Shown here: positions 35,601-46,700 of the stretch, in pieces | How positions within the stretch are numbered: the stretch's first letter is position 1 | Layout: each line of letters begins with the position of its first letter | Source of the DNA: Gekko japonicus | Lineage: Eukaryota | Reading direction: 5' to 3' | Length of the DNA stretch: 64,000 bases | NCBI RefSeq assembly: GCF_001447785.1 | Contig: NW_015173122.1 | Span: 1,437,541-1,501,540, forward strand | Notes under the pieces: model-generated | Seen by the model: the letters and a program-made list of their open reading frames with translations, nothing else | What the model was told of the DNA's origin: nothing | Database searches by the model: none | Position numbers and translations under genes: made by a program

Positions 35601-38600
35601 TCGGAAGCAGAAGGGGTCAGACGGCCGAACTGGGGGTGTTTTCCCTTTAAGAACGGCCTGGCAGAGAAACGGCATTTTTTTCTCCAGTGTTAAGTGAATG
35701 ACTGCCTTCCCAGAGCAGCACACTTGATTTGTGCCATGCCTCCAAGTTGGTTCGTCACAGGTCGTGCTTCTCCCTTGCTTTGTGCTCTCCTCGCCTCTAA
35801 AGCCCCCCCAGACAGCAATCGCAGCCACCTGACGACCTGCACACATTCTCGCCAGGCAGCCCTGAAACCAGCAGTTGTTTTCATCCACCAGTTCTGTTAC
35901 CTGGGAGATGGCCTCTTCCATAGATGTCTCTTCCTCCATCCCATTTGCCTCATCAAGCTCTTCGTCATCACTGCCGCTCTCACCTTCTCTCTCATCTACA
36001 ATCCAGGTAGCCTGGTAGGCAGAAGTGCCTTTGGGGACCCTCCTGGAGATCTTCTTGGTCTGCTTGAGGGATTCTAAAGGGGTATGGGGAAAGGCCAGTC
36101 AATATCAAACACAGAACACTCACCCATCAGGGCCAAGCCTCCTCTTTAACAGCAAAGAAGCAGAGCTAAGCCCTGGACCTACAGCATGGTAGGCTGCGTT
36201 CCCAAAAGGATGCAATACAAGTAGACATCCACAGACTTAAATGCCAGATCCAGAAGAATACTAATGCCTTGCATGGCACATGTATTGCTTCCACTTGCTA
36301 TCGGGAAGCCTTGGGGGAGAGTTGGGGGAGACACACACACAGACACCATGTCCCCAAATAGCACAGAGTTGGCCAAAACAGAAAAGGGAAGAGAACAGAG
36401 AAGGGTCATCCCTCCCAGCCACCCAGACTTCACCTGCTGCCTCACTCAGCTCTTCTTCGGTGGGCCAAGTCTGCTCTCCATCCATGGGATCAGGGACAAT
36501 CTCTGACTGCAGCGACTCCTGCTTGCTAGGATCAGCCCTCATTAAGACCTGCACATCTTCCTCCATCTCAGCCACTTTGCTGAAAGTGTTGTCCTAGGAA
36601 GCAAGAGACAGAAGCACCAGTGTTGCCACTCGTGGGCCAGAGGAAGGACTTTTCTAACTCACTGTTGGTGGCAGTTCTCCTCTGAACTTTCAGACACCTA
36701 ACTCCTCCCTCGGTCACAGCCTCCCAGCAAGGGAACAGAACCCACCCGTACCTGCACACCTTTGCCTCTTCTAGGTTGCCCTTTAGCAGCTCTCAGGTTC
36801 TGTCCAAATGGCTCTGGGGTGGCATCCACCTGGCTCATCTGAAAGTCCCCGTGGCCCACGATATGCACCAAACGGTTTACGTTCAGGCTCCGCCCTCTCA
36901 CGTAGCCAGACACTTTCAGAGTCCCCACCAAAGCACTGCCTGGCCCAGGAACAAATTCCACAGCTTCAGCCAGCAGGTGCGCTCGCCGGTCCCGGAATGC
37001 CAGGTGCCGCTGTTTCTGGGTGGCGAGGTGATGCAGCAGGAGCACAGACTCCTGCTCTGTGTTGAGGGGGAAGAGCTTGGCCTCGGGGAACCTCTTCTCA
37101 GTAATCTTCCTCAGTTTTTTCTGCAAGTCAATTTGCTTCTTCAGCGGTTGGTCAGCAAGACCTTGAACAGCAAGGCCTACAGGCAGCACAAAGGAGACAA
37201 GTTTGAGCCTTGACAAAGCAGCACTGAAGCCAAGGACACCTCGGTATGGCAGAAAATGCCCACAAAAGCTAACACTCTCACAGTGCTCCTTAGAAGTCCA
37301 CTACCTTCCCTTCTAATCATTCTGCATAAGACAACCAGTATAAAACAAGAACAGTCATGTTAGATCAGACCAAGTACTGCATGTAGCCTCTTGCTTTTAT
37401 TCCAGACGAGCCAAATTGGAAGTGCATAAACTGGTCTACTCTGTCTTCACTGTTTGGTGTTCAGAGCTATAGTGCCTCTGAATATGTTAGTTTTATTTAG
37501 CACTATTGGTGTAGAGCCAGCAATAGGCCTACTCCTCATAAAGGCCACTAACAAGTCTTTGGAGCTTTCCCAATTTGTCATAACTGCCCATCAAAAAGTC
37601 TACGCTGCAGGTGTTCTTCCTGGTCATCAAGGCTGACCCACCCTATTACATGCTACAAGCAATCCATGTTAACCAAAGCTCGCTAACCAATAAACTGGGA
37701 GGAGGGTTTTTTGGCTACACTCACCATAGCTGGGGAGCCCCTGTGCAAAGATGCAGGAAAGGCAGTAGTTGCCAACAGCATCCCAGCCTTCAAGTGGATC
37801 CAGCACAAAAAGAAGGGTGTCAGCGACTTTAGCGAGGTCCAGAACAGCAAAAAGGTTCCCTAGAGAAATAAAAAATGCACTAATGATTGAGCATACCCCA
37901 AGTATGTCTGTGAACAGCTGAAACGGTCTTTGAAGGCATCCTCACCTCTGTCAGCTACCACAAATTGCCATCGCAACTTAGATCGCGGGCACAGCAAGAC
38001 AAAACCCGGAAGACCCCTCTCGGCCTGGTGCACAACAGAAGCCTCGCTGCTCTGAAACTGCCGCAAGACACTTTGGCTGTCAACATTAGCGTGTAGTGGG
38101 ACCACAGCCACCAGGTGTGGTGGCGCATCCTTGTGGCCTAAGTTTCGCTTCTCTGCCAGCACCTGCGATCACAAGGAGAGAGAAAAAATGAGTCCTCTTC
38201 GCCCTTCCTCAAAGCAGCTTTAGCTCCCCTTGCCTTCTGTGCCCATGGCTAAGCTCACCGCCTCCTTGGACCGCTGACGGAGCTGCAGTGCCCGATGCTT
38301 GCGATCCAACTTGGCCAAGTTGCGGCGCTTTTGAGAGCTGAGAGTTTTGACAGACACCCCAACTAGGGAAGAAATAAAGCAGCTCAATACAGACTTATGC
38401 TGAACCAGAATATACATGTGCAGGCACACATTTGAAGACAGAAAATGCCATTTCAAAGCCATACAACTTTTCTGCCTTTTCCCCAAAAGGACTATTGAGA
38501 GACTTCACAGAACTACTGAACATGCTTGCATAACTGGGGCCCATGTCAGTCTGATGACCCTCTTCGTGAGTCTAAAAGCCCTTTACAAAACTTGATTGCA

Positions 38601-39799
38601 AGTTAGACAGGGAAACCTCCTTTTAGAGAAAGGGGGTGGGGGAGCAGCTTCATCGCTGTACCAAACTGAAAACCCCCCTGCCCCCGATCTTCTAGACACT
38701 CATAAAGTTGGGGCCACCGTTTTTTTTCATTTTGTTAGGCAAAATTTCTTTTTGTGGGACACCCATTATGCTTATAAAAAGAATAAATAACTGGGGATTT
38801 TGAGAATGGAGCCTGAGGAGCATGGGGTTTGGGGAGGGACTTCAATGGGATATAAGGCCATAGAGTCCACCTGGAGATCAGGTGTAATGCCAGGGGATCT
38901 CCAGCAACCACCTGGAGATTGGCAATCCCAGGAGAGAGAGATTGGCTTCCCCCACCATCAACCCCCCTGCGATGGAAAGTTATGGGGGAGAGAGAGAGAT
39001 GGACTTCCCCACCACCATCACCATGCATTCTCTCTCTCTTTCCTTACTCAGCCCCCCCTCCTGGTTTCATTCCTGGAGGAACAGCTGATAAGTGTGGCTC
39101 AAGTGGTTAAGACGCTGAACTGCTGACCGGAAGGTCAGAAGTTCAGCAGTTTGAGACCTGAGTGCCGCATGACGGAGTGAGCTCCTATCTCTGGTTCCAG
39201 CTCCTGCCAACCTAGCAGTTCGAAAGCAAGAAATTGCAAGTAGGTAAATAGGTACCGCTTTGGTGGGAAGGGAACAGCGTTCCGTGCGCCTTGGCGTTTA
39301 GTCATGCCGGCCACATGACCACGGAAACGTCTTCGGACAGCGCTGGCTCTTCGGCTTGGAAACGGAGATGAGCACCGCAACCGTAGAATCGGACTCGACT
39401 GGCTTTCGAGCAAGGGAACCTTTACCTTTAAGAGGGGACTGATATTGACCAAAAGCAACAGGGCAGCTTTCCTTTCGTTCCCCAGCATCCCGGCAGCGGT
39501 GGAGCACCCGTTATGCTTGGCGCCAACCGTGGTCCGTCTTTGCCACCCTCCGGGCCTCGACTAGCTCTGCACGGAGAGGCCCCATCATCTCCCCCCCTTC
39601 AGCGGCCCCAGCCTTCCCCCGGGAAAGGAGAAGCGAGAAGACACCGCTTGCACGCCCCACACATACACCCCACGGCGCGCTCACCGGCATGCCTTCGGGC
39701 GCTGTTCCGGCGGTGCCTGCCAGCTTTGTGCGGTTTGTTCTGCTGCTTCAGAGCCCCGGCCCGGTGGGCGCCGGCGCCGCCCGCCTTCGGGACAGCCAT
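26509..39799 (-). CDS. TSR1: TSR1 pre-40S ribosome maturation factor, complete 15-exon CDS
   Basis: Exons 39685-39799, 38259-38362, 37946-38162, 37725-37859, 36752-37176, 36434-36593, 35901-36073, 34839-35029, 30767-30929, 29922-30032, 29561-29693, 28750-28866, 27640-27780, 27059-27133, 26509-26678; GT-AG and in phase. Motifs [79 protein letters not shown]. Stop at 26509-26511; AATAAA at 26294-26299. Confidence 0.97.
26748..27027 (+). mobile_element. tRNA-derived SINE in TSR1 intron 14
   Basis: Same family as 11926. Confidence 0.88.
27059..27133 (-). CDS. TSR1: TSR1 exon 14
   Basis: [25 protein letters not shown]. Confidence 0.94.
27640..27780 (-). CDS. TSR1: TSR1 exon 13
   Basis: [27 protein letters not shown]. 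Confidence 0.94.
28750..28866 (-). CDS. TSR1: TSR1 exon 12
   Basis: KHKLVRFL...[16 protein letters not shown]. Confidence 0.94.
29086..29330 (-). mobile_element. 5'-truncated L1/Tx1-like 3' end
   Basis: A-rich tail on the minus strand; 17-bp TSD GCCAGCCTCCTATTCCT at 29069 and 29331. Confidence 0.7.
29561..29693 (-). CDS. TSR1: TSR1 exon 11
   Basis: [10 protein letters not shown]...[16 protein letters not shown]. Confidence 0.94.
29773..29856 (-). ncRNA. SNORD91: Box C/D snoRNA SNORD91 (HBII-296 family) in TSR1 intron 10
   Basis: Minus strand reads GGGGAAGCCA-GTGATGA (box C)...GTCTGAACCTGT (guide)-CCGA (D')...TGACGA (C')...CTGA (box D)-GGTTCCCC. Terminal stem GGGGAA/TTCCCC; box D about 87 nt from the 3' splice site. 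The guide matches recalled SNORD91, whose mammalian host is TSR1. Confidence 0.88.
29922..30032 (-). CDS. TSR1: TSR1 exon 10
   Basis: [16 protein letters not shown]...LLPYEQK. Confidence 0.94.
30767..30929 (-). CDS. TSR1: TSR1 exon 9
   Basis: [32 protein letters not shown]. Confidence 0.94.
31345..32052 (-). mobile_element. RTE-X-like LINE 3' fragment
   Basis: [13 protein letters not shown]...[15 protein letters not shown]...[10 protein letters not shown] zinc-knuckle; TSD AGCCAGGATACA. Confidence 0.7.
32221..32453 (-). mobile_element. 5S rRNA-derived SINE (SINE3)
   Basis: Head ATCTCGTCAGATCTCAGAAGCTAAGCAGGGTCG matches 5S; 15-bp TSD AAAGTAGTCCATCTC. Confidence 0.85.
32772..33634. mobile_element. 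AT-rich palindromic MITE (about 130-bp arms) interrupted by a Helitron
   Basis: 32772-32817 plus 33355-33440 is the reverse complement of about 33503-33634. Confidence 0.8.
32818..33354 (+). mobile_element. Non-autonomous Helitron
   Basis: 5' TCTATATATCTAA; 3' hairpin CCCGCGA-TTT-TCGCGGG about 12 nt before CTTG (CTRR variant); inserted at A|T with no TSD. Confidence 0.8.
33815..34150 (-). mobile_element. L2 LINE 3' fragment
   Basis: APTWWN-type region similar to the L2 at 7050-7200. Confidence 0.7.
34170..34630 (-). mobile_element. RTE-X-like fragment
   Basis: [15 protein letters not shown]...GEIDSIEHV; (ATTG)n tail. Confidence 0.65.
34839..35029 (-). CDS. TSR1: TSR1 exon 8
   Basis: [28 protein letters not shown]. 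Confidence 0.93.
35338..35686 (-). mobile_element. Possible solo LTR
   Basis: TGGA...TCCA ends; AATAAA on the minus strand near 35540; TSD weak (GCGC/GTGT). Confidence 0.4.
35901..36073 (-). CDS. TSR1: TSR1 exon 7
   Basis: [17 protein letters not shown] followed by an acidic tract. Confidence 0.92.
36434..36593 (-). CDS. TSR1: TSR1 exon 6
   Basis: [34 protein letters not shown]. Confidence 0.93.
36752..37176 (-). CDS. TSR1: TSR1 exon 5
   Basis: [11 protein letters not shown]...[30 protein letters not shown]. Confidence 0.93.
37725..37859 (-). CDS. TSR1: TSR1 exon 4
   Basis: [22 protein letters not shown]...CLSCIFAQG. Confidence 0.93.
37946..38162 (-). CDS. TSR1: TSR1 exon 3
   Basis: [24 protein letters not shown]. 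Confidence 0.93.
38259..38362 (-). CDS. TSR1: TSR1 exon 2
   Basis: [31 protein letters not shown]. Confidence 0.92.
39085..39430 (+). mobile_element. Sauria SINE in TSR1 intron 1
   Basis: Near-identical to the 13578 copy. Confidence 0.9.
39685..39799 (-). CDS. TSR1: TSR1 exon 1
   Basis: [30 protein letters not shown]. Confidence 0.92.
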
Positions 39800-39960
39800 G
39801 CTTCGCTCACAGGCCTTGCCTACACTTCCGGGTCACGAACCGGAAGGAGCCGCTGAACGCGGCAGGTGGTCCCGCGGGCGGAATTTCCTAGCGGCTCAGG
39901 CCACCCCTTGGCTGCCTCTTCGTTCGCGCCCTGAAAAGCAGGTGGAGCGGGGCACTGAGT
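39800..39960 (-). promoter_or_regulatory. TSR1 CpG promoter with paired ETS/GABPA sites
   Basis: ACTTCCGG-gtcacga-ACCGGAAG at about 39824-39847, just upstream of the ATG. Confidence 0.65.
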
Positions 39961-40527
39961 GGCAGAGCGGCCTTATGTAGTCCGGCCAGACGGCCCCAGA
40001 AAGGCCACAAGCAGGGCAAGGAGGCCGAAGCTGAAGACTTTGGCAGCCCCGGCATGGACGCCTCGCCCTCACATCCCCTCGGTGTGTGTGCGGGGGTTGC
40101 CCTCCAACCTCTCTGCGCTGCCCCAGCTCCAACTGCCAGGTGGGACCTGTAGATCTCCCGAAATGATAACTGGTCTTCAGACTAGAGATCAGCTCCCTTG
40201 TAGAAGATTGCAGCTTCTGAAGGCAAACTTTATGGTATTCTAGTACCCCAGTGAGGTCCATCCACAGGTTGCACCCCCATATCTCCGGGAATTCCCTAAC
40301 CGGGAGTTGGCAACCTTACACACAGTCCTGCTCTCCTTTTGCTCCCCTCAGGTGGCTCCCTCTTTTCAATCTTGTTGCTGCTACTTCAGTCTAGAATTCC
40401 TTCACAGGAGATCTATACCATTTATGTTGAATTCCTCCTCAAACACCACCTTATCCATGAAGTCCCCTCATGAAATGAAACCTAACGATTCATGTAACAG
40501 AATTCATGCTCTCCCACCTCATGTGAC

Positions 40528-40731
40528 CAATGCTCCCTCTAAGCTGTGGAGTCTTGTGAGCAAAAATTCTACCTTGTGAGTTACTGGCATTAAAGAGAGC
40601 GAGTGATTTGGCTGCTGCATACATTAGTTTGCTCTGGAGCCCTCCTTCCTGAGCTAAGACAAAAATGTGTGAGCTGGGAGGCTAAAAAACTGTGAGCTAG
40701 CTCACACTAACGCAGCTTAGAGGGAACACTG
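40528..40731 (-). mobile_element. hAT MITE, same family
   Basis: TIRs plus TSD CATGTGAC/CATGTGAA. Confidence 0.88.
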
Positions 40732-40741
40732 CATGTGAAAC

Positions 40742-41685
40742 ACATATAAAGTTGCCTTATACTAAATCAGACCCTTGATTCATGTCAGTATAATCTACTC
40801 AGGCTGCGGTCACACGGAGCATTAGCCACGCTACAGAGACGGAAGATAGGCGGATTTTCCGGGCGCGATCACACCGCAACATCCGGGAAGCGTATAGCTC
40901 CCGTGGCGACCCCGAGGCTTCCCGCCGAAGATGTGGCTTAAAAAAATAGTACCTCCGAGGTACTAGTTTCCGGAAACCGCGGGGCAAGGGCGGGCATCAG
41001 ATCGTGTTTCCGGTTCACACTTTTTTGTCTCAGCTCAGGAAGGGGTGTGGCTCCACAGCAAACTGATTGATGCAGCAGCCAAATGGCTCGCTCACCACTT
41101 TAATGCCAGGAGGCAGGAGCTCACCGGATTTTTGCTCACAAGACTCTGCAACGTAGAGGGCGCATTGGTGGCCACCCTAGGACGGCCATGGCTTGGCACG
41201 ACGACGCTCCCTATCTCCCGCGGTGCATGGCTTACTTCTAAGGAGACCTGGGGGGGGGGGCCTTTGCTCGGCCTGTTCGAAAGGAACTCTCTGCACCGGG
41301 CGGCAGAGGGGGAGGTGCAGGGGGGGGCGTGGAGGGAGGGCGGCCCGGCTGAAGCTCCTCCTGGAGGGGACCAGACGGAGGACACAGTTTGCATTCCTCT
41401 GCAGCAGGAAGGGGTTAAACCCGTGTGATTGGCACCTCCCCCCTAAGCACGGGACCTCGCCGGGACGTCTGATTGCGCAGCGTGCGTTATTTTGCTCCGG
41501 GGCAAACAGCCACGCTCCCCCCCCCCGCGCATTTTCCGGCCCGTGGGACCAGAGCCTCAGGCTGGCAGTGGCTCTCAAGGGTCTTTCACATTACCTACTG
41601 CTTGGTCCTTTTTAACTGGAGACCCTGGGGATTGAACCAGTGTACTTCTGCATGCAGAACAGATGTATTACCACTGAGCCACACC
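40742..41685 (-). mobile_element. Squam3-like tRNA SINE interrupted by a Harbinger MITE
   Basis: Halves ...TAATCTACTCA|GGCTGGCAGTGGCTCTC...; tRNA head GGGGATTGAACC...CCACTGAGCCAC. Confidence 0.7.
40802..41556. mobile_element. PIF/Harbinger-type non-autonomous element
   Basis: TIRs GGCTGCGGTCACACGG / CCGTGGGACCAGAGCC; 3-bp TSD TCA; contains a partial hAT MITE at about 41013-41167. Confidence 0.78.
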
Positions 41686-41881
41686 ATACAGGAATTTAAA
41701 GCTACCTCAGGCCAGTGAGAGCAGCCAGTATCTCCATTCACACCCGAGGACCTCCTTCACACATGTTTTAGATTCAGCATATGAGAGATGTCTCTGAAAA
41801 GCACTTGCACATTGGCACACCACAAAGAAAGAAATGGAATGAAGCCTTCAACACATGTTCACAGAATCCGTTTTCTTATCA

Positions 41882-41943
41882 CAGTGGCCAAACCATACCT
41901 GTTCTTCAATCAGTGGCCAAACCATACCTGTTCTTCAATCAGT
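41882..41943 (+). repeat. 29-bp tandem duplication
   Basis: CAGTGGCCAAACCATACCTGTTCTTCAAT x2. Confidence 0.9.
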
Positions 41944-43597
41944 TCAATCTGGTGGTCAGAGGAATCCGTAATATCAAGGCACGCAGGTTACTTCAACCAC
42001 ATTTATTGAAAGCGATCTTTTTTACAGTTATTTACATTATGAAGCCAGACTCTGCAAAAACCTCAGAGCTCCAATGTACTGTACGAGGGCTTGCCCCTTC
42101 CAGGGAAAATGGCCCACAAGAAGCATCTGAGAAAGCAACATACTCCCAGACCCACTCCCAAAGAGCCCTTCCCCATAGCTTTCCTTCTACAAATGCTCCC
42201 CCATTCCCACTGCTACCTTGCTCAATGACCAGAAACAAGATTAAGGAGAACACTTTCCCAGATGTGTAGTGTGCTACTCTTCCAATTCTGAAACCCAGCT
42301 TGTTTGGTGGTTCTTTGTTTTTTAAGGGCTACTGGCAGACACAGCAGCAGAGTGGAAACCTGGGGCGGAGGAACAGTGTTGCTACAGCCAACTTGCACCA
42401 CTGGGCAACGCCCTTGCCTGTTACAGCCACTTTGGCATTTGCAGTAGCTGCAACAGAATCAACAAAGAAACAGCTACATTGTTGGAGGTATCTGAATTGG
42501 ACTGCTTGAAAAAATATGTAATCTGGTAAGGAAAGGACTAGCTGAAGGCGCTCATCTCTTGCAAACCCAGCTCATCTGGCTCTCTGCTTACTTAGAGGCC
42601 AAACCACTGCTTGTGTTGTGAGCATCTTCTGTCTTTGCATCTTAAAGCAACTGCCCTTCCCCTAGATGGCACCATCCTGCCTTTTCCAGGAACCCACCAA
42701 ACGGGTGAGAGGGAAACAGTAACTCTGCACCTAGGGAGAGAACTCTGCCTTAGCAGCAAGACACTGTGCAACAGCAAACTGCCCCACACACATTGTATTC
42801 CAGTTTGTCTTAATCTCAACTCCTGCCTTATGTATTAAACTCCAAGTTATGCCCTATCTAAGGAGGCAAAAGCCAGTGAATGGACTGATACAACACTGAG
42901 ACAGGAGATGCCACACACTGACCCAGAGCTACCAAAGCAAGTGGCCCAGAGCTACCAAAGCAAGGTCAGGAGCTGACAGGGCCAGTCACTCTGGAAAAGA
43001 ACCAACCGTCAATATTCCAGCAGGAGGAACAACCCACCCAAAGTACCAGGGGACAACAGGCAAACACCCAACCAGGGGACAACAGCTAAAGTACCAGATG
43101 GGATGGAGCGGGGGGAGGGGAGTATTTCCCCACTCCTATCGCCCCGCCCCCCCGCCTCCAGCTTTGTGATGTGAGACAACTTCTGCCAGAGTGGGAGGAA
43201 GCTAGGAATGTTTTGGGACTAGGAAGGAAAATTGTCCTACAGCTGGGGAGGATGTCTTCTGGGGGGGGGGGGGGAGGATCACATTCCCAATGGTTCACAG
43301 CCAGCAGACCTTTAGGGGCTCTGTCAGCAGCAGCCTGGTTGACTAGGTACCCCAGCTTGCACTCTTACAGAGGTACTAAAAGGTGCAAAAAGGGTTAATG
43401 GTGCCAAGTAGCCCCAGTGGGTCAGATTTAAACGCTCCCAATGCTTCACCTCCCCACCCGGCCCATTCATCTCTCAGCAGCTGGTCAAAGAAAAAAAAAC
43501 AAGGGGAGGGGAGAATCAAAATGTTTTTAAAAACAATCCATTTCAGCCTTTGAAAGGGGGTGGGTGTCCTAGGGTGTCTGGTTTCCTGAGGATTGCT

Positions 43598-43712
43598 CTA
43601 CCAGTGGAGACCAGAAGGAGGCGTCTTCTCATCCTTGTTGCTTTCCAGAGAGAAGGGTGGGATTCGGACATCGAAGTGAGAGCCATCGGGCCGTTCAAAG
43701 CGGAAAGTGCCC
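43598..43712 (-). CDS. POLDIP2: POLDIP2 exon 11
   Basis: GTFRFERPDGSHFDVRIPPFSLESNKDEKTPPSGLHW*. Confidence 0.95.
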
Positions 43713-46700
43713 CTAGGAAGCCAAGCAGAAACCAGAGTGAAGGACTGGCAGTTTATATTTGTAAATATTCAAGAAACCAAGGGGAGCCGCAGCAACAGAG
43801 ATGATCTCTCCCGCCTCAAAACACCTCTTCCTTTTCACATTCTGAGAAAGAATGTGGAAATTTTCTCTCTCCTGACCACAGTGAGTCTTAATGGCAGGTG
43901 CCAGTGATTCTTAGCAACTTGATGATATGGAGGAGAAAGAAGGAAAGTTGCTCTTCCTGTGGACCCAAGGCACCAAAGAGCCAGCCCTGATCATATGCTC
44001 CCATCCCCCACCCCCCGGGAGGCTTATCTCCCAGGAAGCCTGCTTCCCACAGTTCCTAGGGGCTCTCTGGGGGAGGGGGGGGTATTCTCATTCACAAGTT
44101 CCTTACCACATGTGGCCACTGGATGCCTGTAAGGAGACATGGCTGCTGTACTGGAACGCTGGCTGCTCTTTGGACAGGACTGGCTCCTGTGGAGACAAAG
44201 CACAATCACAGCTGGGCAGAATGGATGGACACCACCTGGGAGCTTCCTGCCAACAGGCACGAGACACTGCTTTCAATCATCACCCTGCCCTCTCCACAGC
44301 CTCCCCAAAGCACAGAGGTCACTGCATGTATGAACAAATCCATTTCAAACCCTCGAAGGAGTTAAAAACAGTCCCTGCTAAGGAAGCCCCTGAGGGCTGC
44401 CAGGGCTTGGCTGATAATGAGAGGCACCAAGATACCGGCTGAGCCCTTACAAGGGGAGGAGGCCCTCTCCTTGCCACAGACAATCTGCTCTCTCTCACAC
44501 TTACTCGGCCCACTACACCCCGACCACGAACAGTCTCCAGTGTGCCGGACAAGCTGAATATCCGCCAGTGCCTTTCACGGAGCTGCACTACTTCGTTGTC
44601 CAGATTCTCCAGGCGGATACAGTAGCGCCACTGAAAGACGGAGAGGGAGGGAGGGGAATCACTATGGGAACCAGAGCCAAGGCTTCCCAGTGCAATGGCG
44701 GGGTGATGCTCGGGAGTCCTTTAAGGGAAGTGTCCTTCCCTGCTCCCCTTGGCCTGAGGTCACCACAGAAAGATTGTTAAGCAAGAAACTCACCCAGTAG
44801 ACATGGGAATTCTGGGCTTCCTGTAAAGAGAAAGGACTTTTGTCATACATGAATACCCAGGCCAGAATTCCTCAGCAGCTGAGACAAGGACTACCCCAGG
44901 CAGACTACGCTACACCCGAGGGACTCGCAAATCCCACATCTGTAAGGAGACATGCAGGAAATTAGTCTCTAGCCAGAACTGCAAAATTAGTCTCTAGCCA
45001 GAACTCCATGTACAGCACCTGAATGCCAGTAACAAGGAACCAATATGCTTCCAAGGTCACATACTGCCCTGTGAGAATCTCAGACTGTTACAAGCAAGAC
45101 AGTCCTTATCTTCTTGCAACCTTTGGCCAGGTAAGGGAAGATTCACTGCAGGCTCTCTGGCAGTGCAAGGAGACACAAAAATCCGTTTGAGCCCATCATT
45201 TTGCCAGCCTTGTCAGCCTGCCCAAACTGGAAACAGGCCAGTACCTTTAACCTCTCAGCAGCTGCAAAGTCTGCAAGAAGCTCTCCTCCCCATAATGCCT
45301 TTGCAAGCTAACTCTACCACCTGGCTGTGCCAGAGTGTTGGGTCCATGGCTGATAAGTTTGACGTGTCTTCAGTCTCAAATATATAAACTTTTATAATGA
45401 AGCCTGGAAGAAGAACCAACTGGTGTCAAGCCCAGCACTTACTCGCATGCCCATGTAGAAAGGGATGACCGTGACACGGATATTTTCAGTGGTTTCCCGG
45501 TGCACATCGGAGAGTTCCAGCCAGGGATGGTTTTTCTCCTGCCAAGCACACAGTGTATCCCTTGCCACAAAGGCTGGAACTGCAAAGGGTGTCCCAAGGA
45601 AAACTACAGTTCAGTATAGAAGATGTTATGGCATCCTGGAGACCCTCCCCCATGGGCATGACATCTATCTTCTAAACCAGGCATGTCCAACTTCAAACAG
45701 GTAGTGATCTATTTTTTCTGGCCAAAAGTGCCGGTGATCTACCACCATGAAAATAAAGTTTCAAATTACTTTCAAATTAGATTTTAACCCAATAAAGTTG
45801 GGTTCCACTGCACCCCCCCCCTTTTATAATGCACCTTCTGTCATTTACTGGTAAGCAAAATTAGCAAAAACAAAACAGAGAGACGAAGATCCAGAAAGAA
45901 CTGCGAACATTTTTTATTTTATACCAGGAGACCAAGTGGGGCTGGTGATCTACCTCTGACCCCAATGTACTGGTAGATCACGAGCTACCTGTTGAACATA
46001 CCTGTTCTAAACAGTGCAAGAGACTTTCAGCTGCTGTAAAGCTACTCTGCAAGGGTTTGCTATTCTGTCCTCCTCCAGTGGAAGAGGGTATCTCCTCCAG
46101 GGCAGGGTGGGGGACTAAGAGTTCCCCTCTTGGTTCTCATCTTTCCTTCACCAGTTTTTTATTACAATGTCTCTAGGAGGCAGCACCTGCAGAGCTGGGA
46201 CTTGGGGCTCAGCTTCTATCACTGCCTAGCACTATGCTGCATGTGAGCACAGCATCTTAACAGCAAATGTATCCAGAAAAACCCACCGAGGAAAAGACGG
46301 GGGGGCATCCCAATATCCTTTTCCAGGATATTTCCCTCCCCCCATTAAAAGGATATGGAACACAGGCCCTGCCCTGCAGTGAGTGTTCCATCTCTTCAGG
46401 AGAAAACGAAGACATTCTGTCTTTTGGGGGCTTTTTTTTGGGGGGGGCAGCATTTTCTTTATTCTTCCCTCCAGGGCTAAAGTCAGCTTTATGCCAAGAA
46501 AAGCCCTTACACTCTTGTCCTCTTGCTTTAGGTCAATTTTTGGCATAAAGTTAGCTGGCCAATTTTCAGAGCACCACAAGGACATTTCAAAGTCCCTGCG
46601 AGAAGAAAGAGGAAGTCTGCCCAGTTAGCCCTGCCTCCAGAAGCCACGGGGGGGGAGCTACCCCCTTCTTCCTGGAACGCACTGACAGCGTGTCCAGTGT

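Noticed and set aside
40800-41600. Promoter or first exon of an extra gene (e.g. SGSM2 or TNFAIP1)
   Set aside because: The CpG-rich stretch is bounded by TIRs and a TCA TSD inside a SINE; no matching coding sequence.
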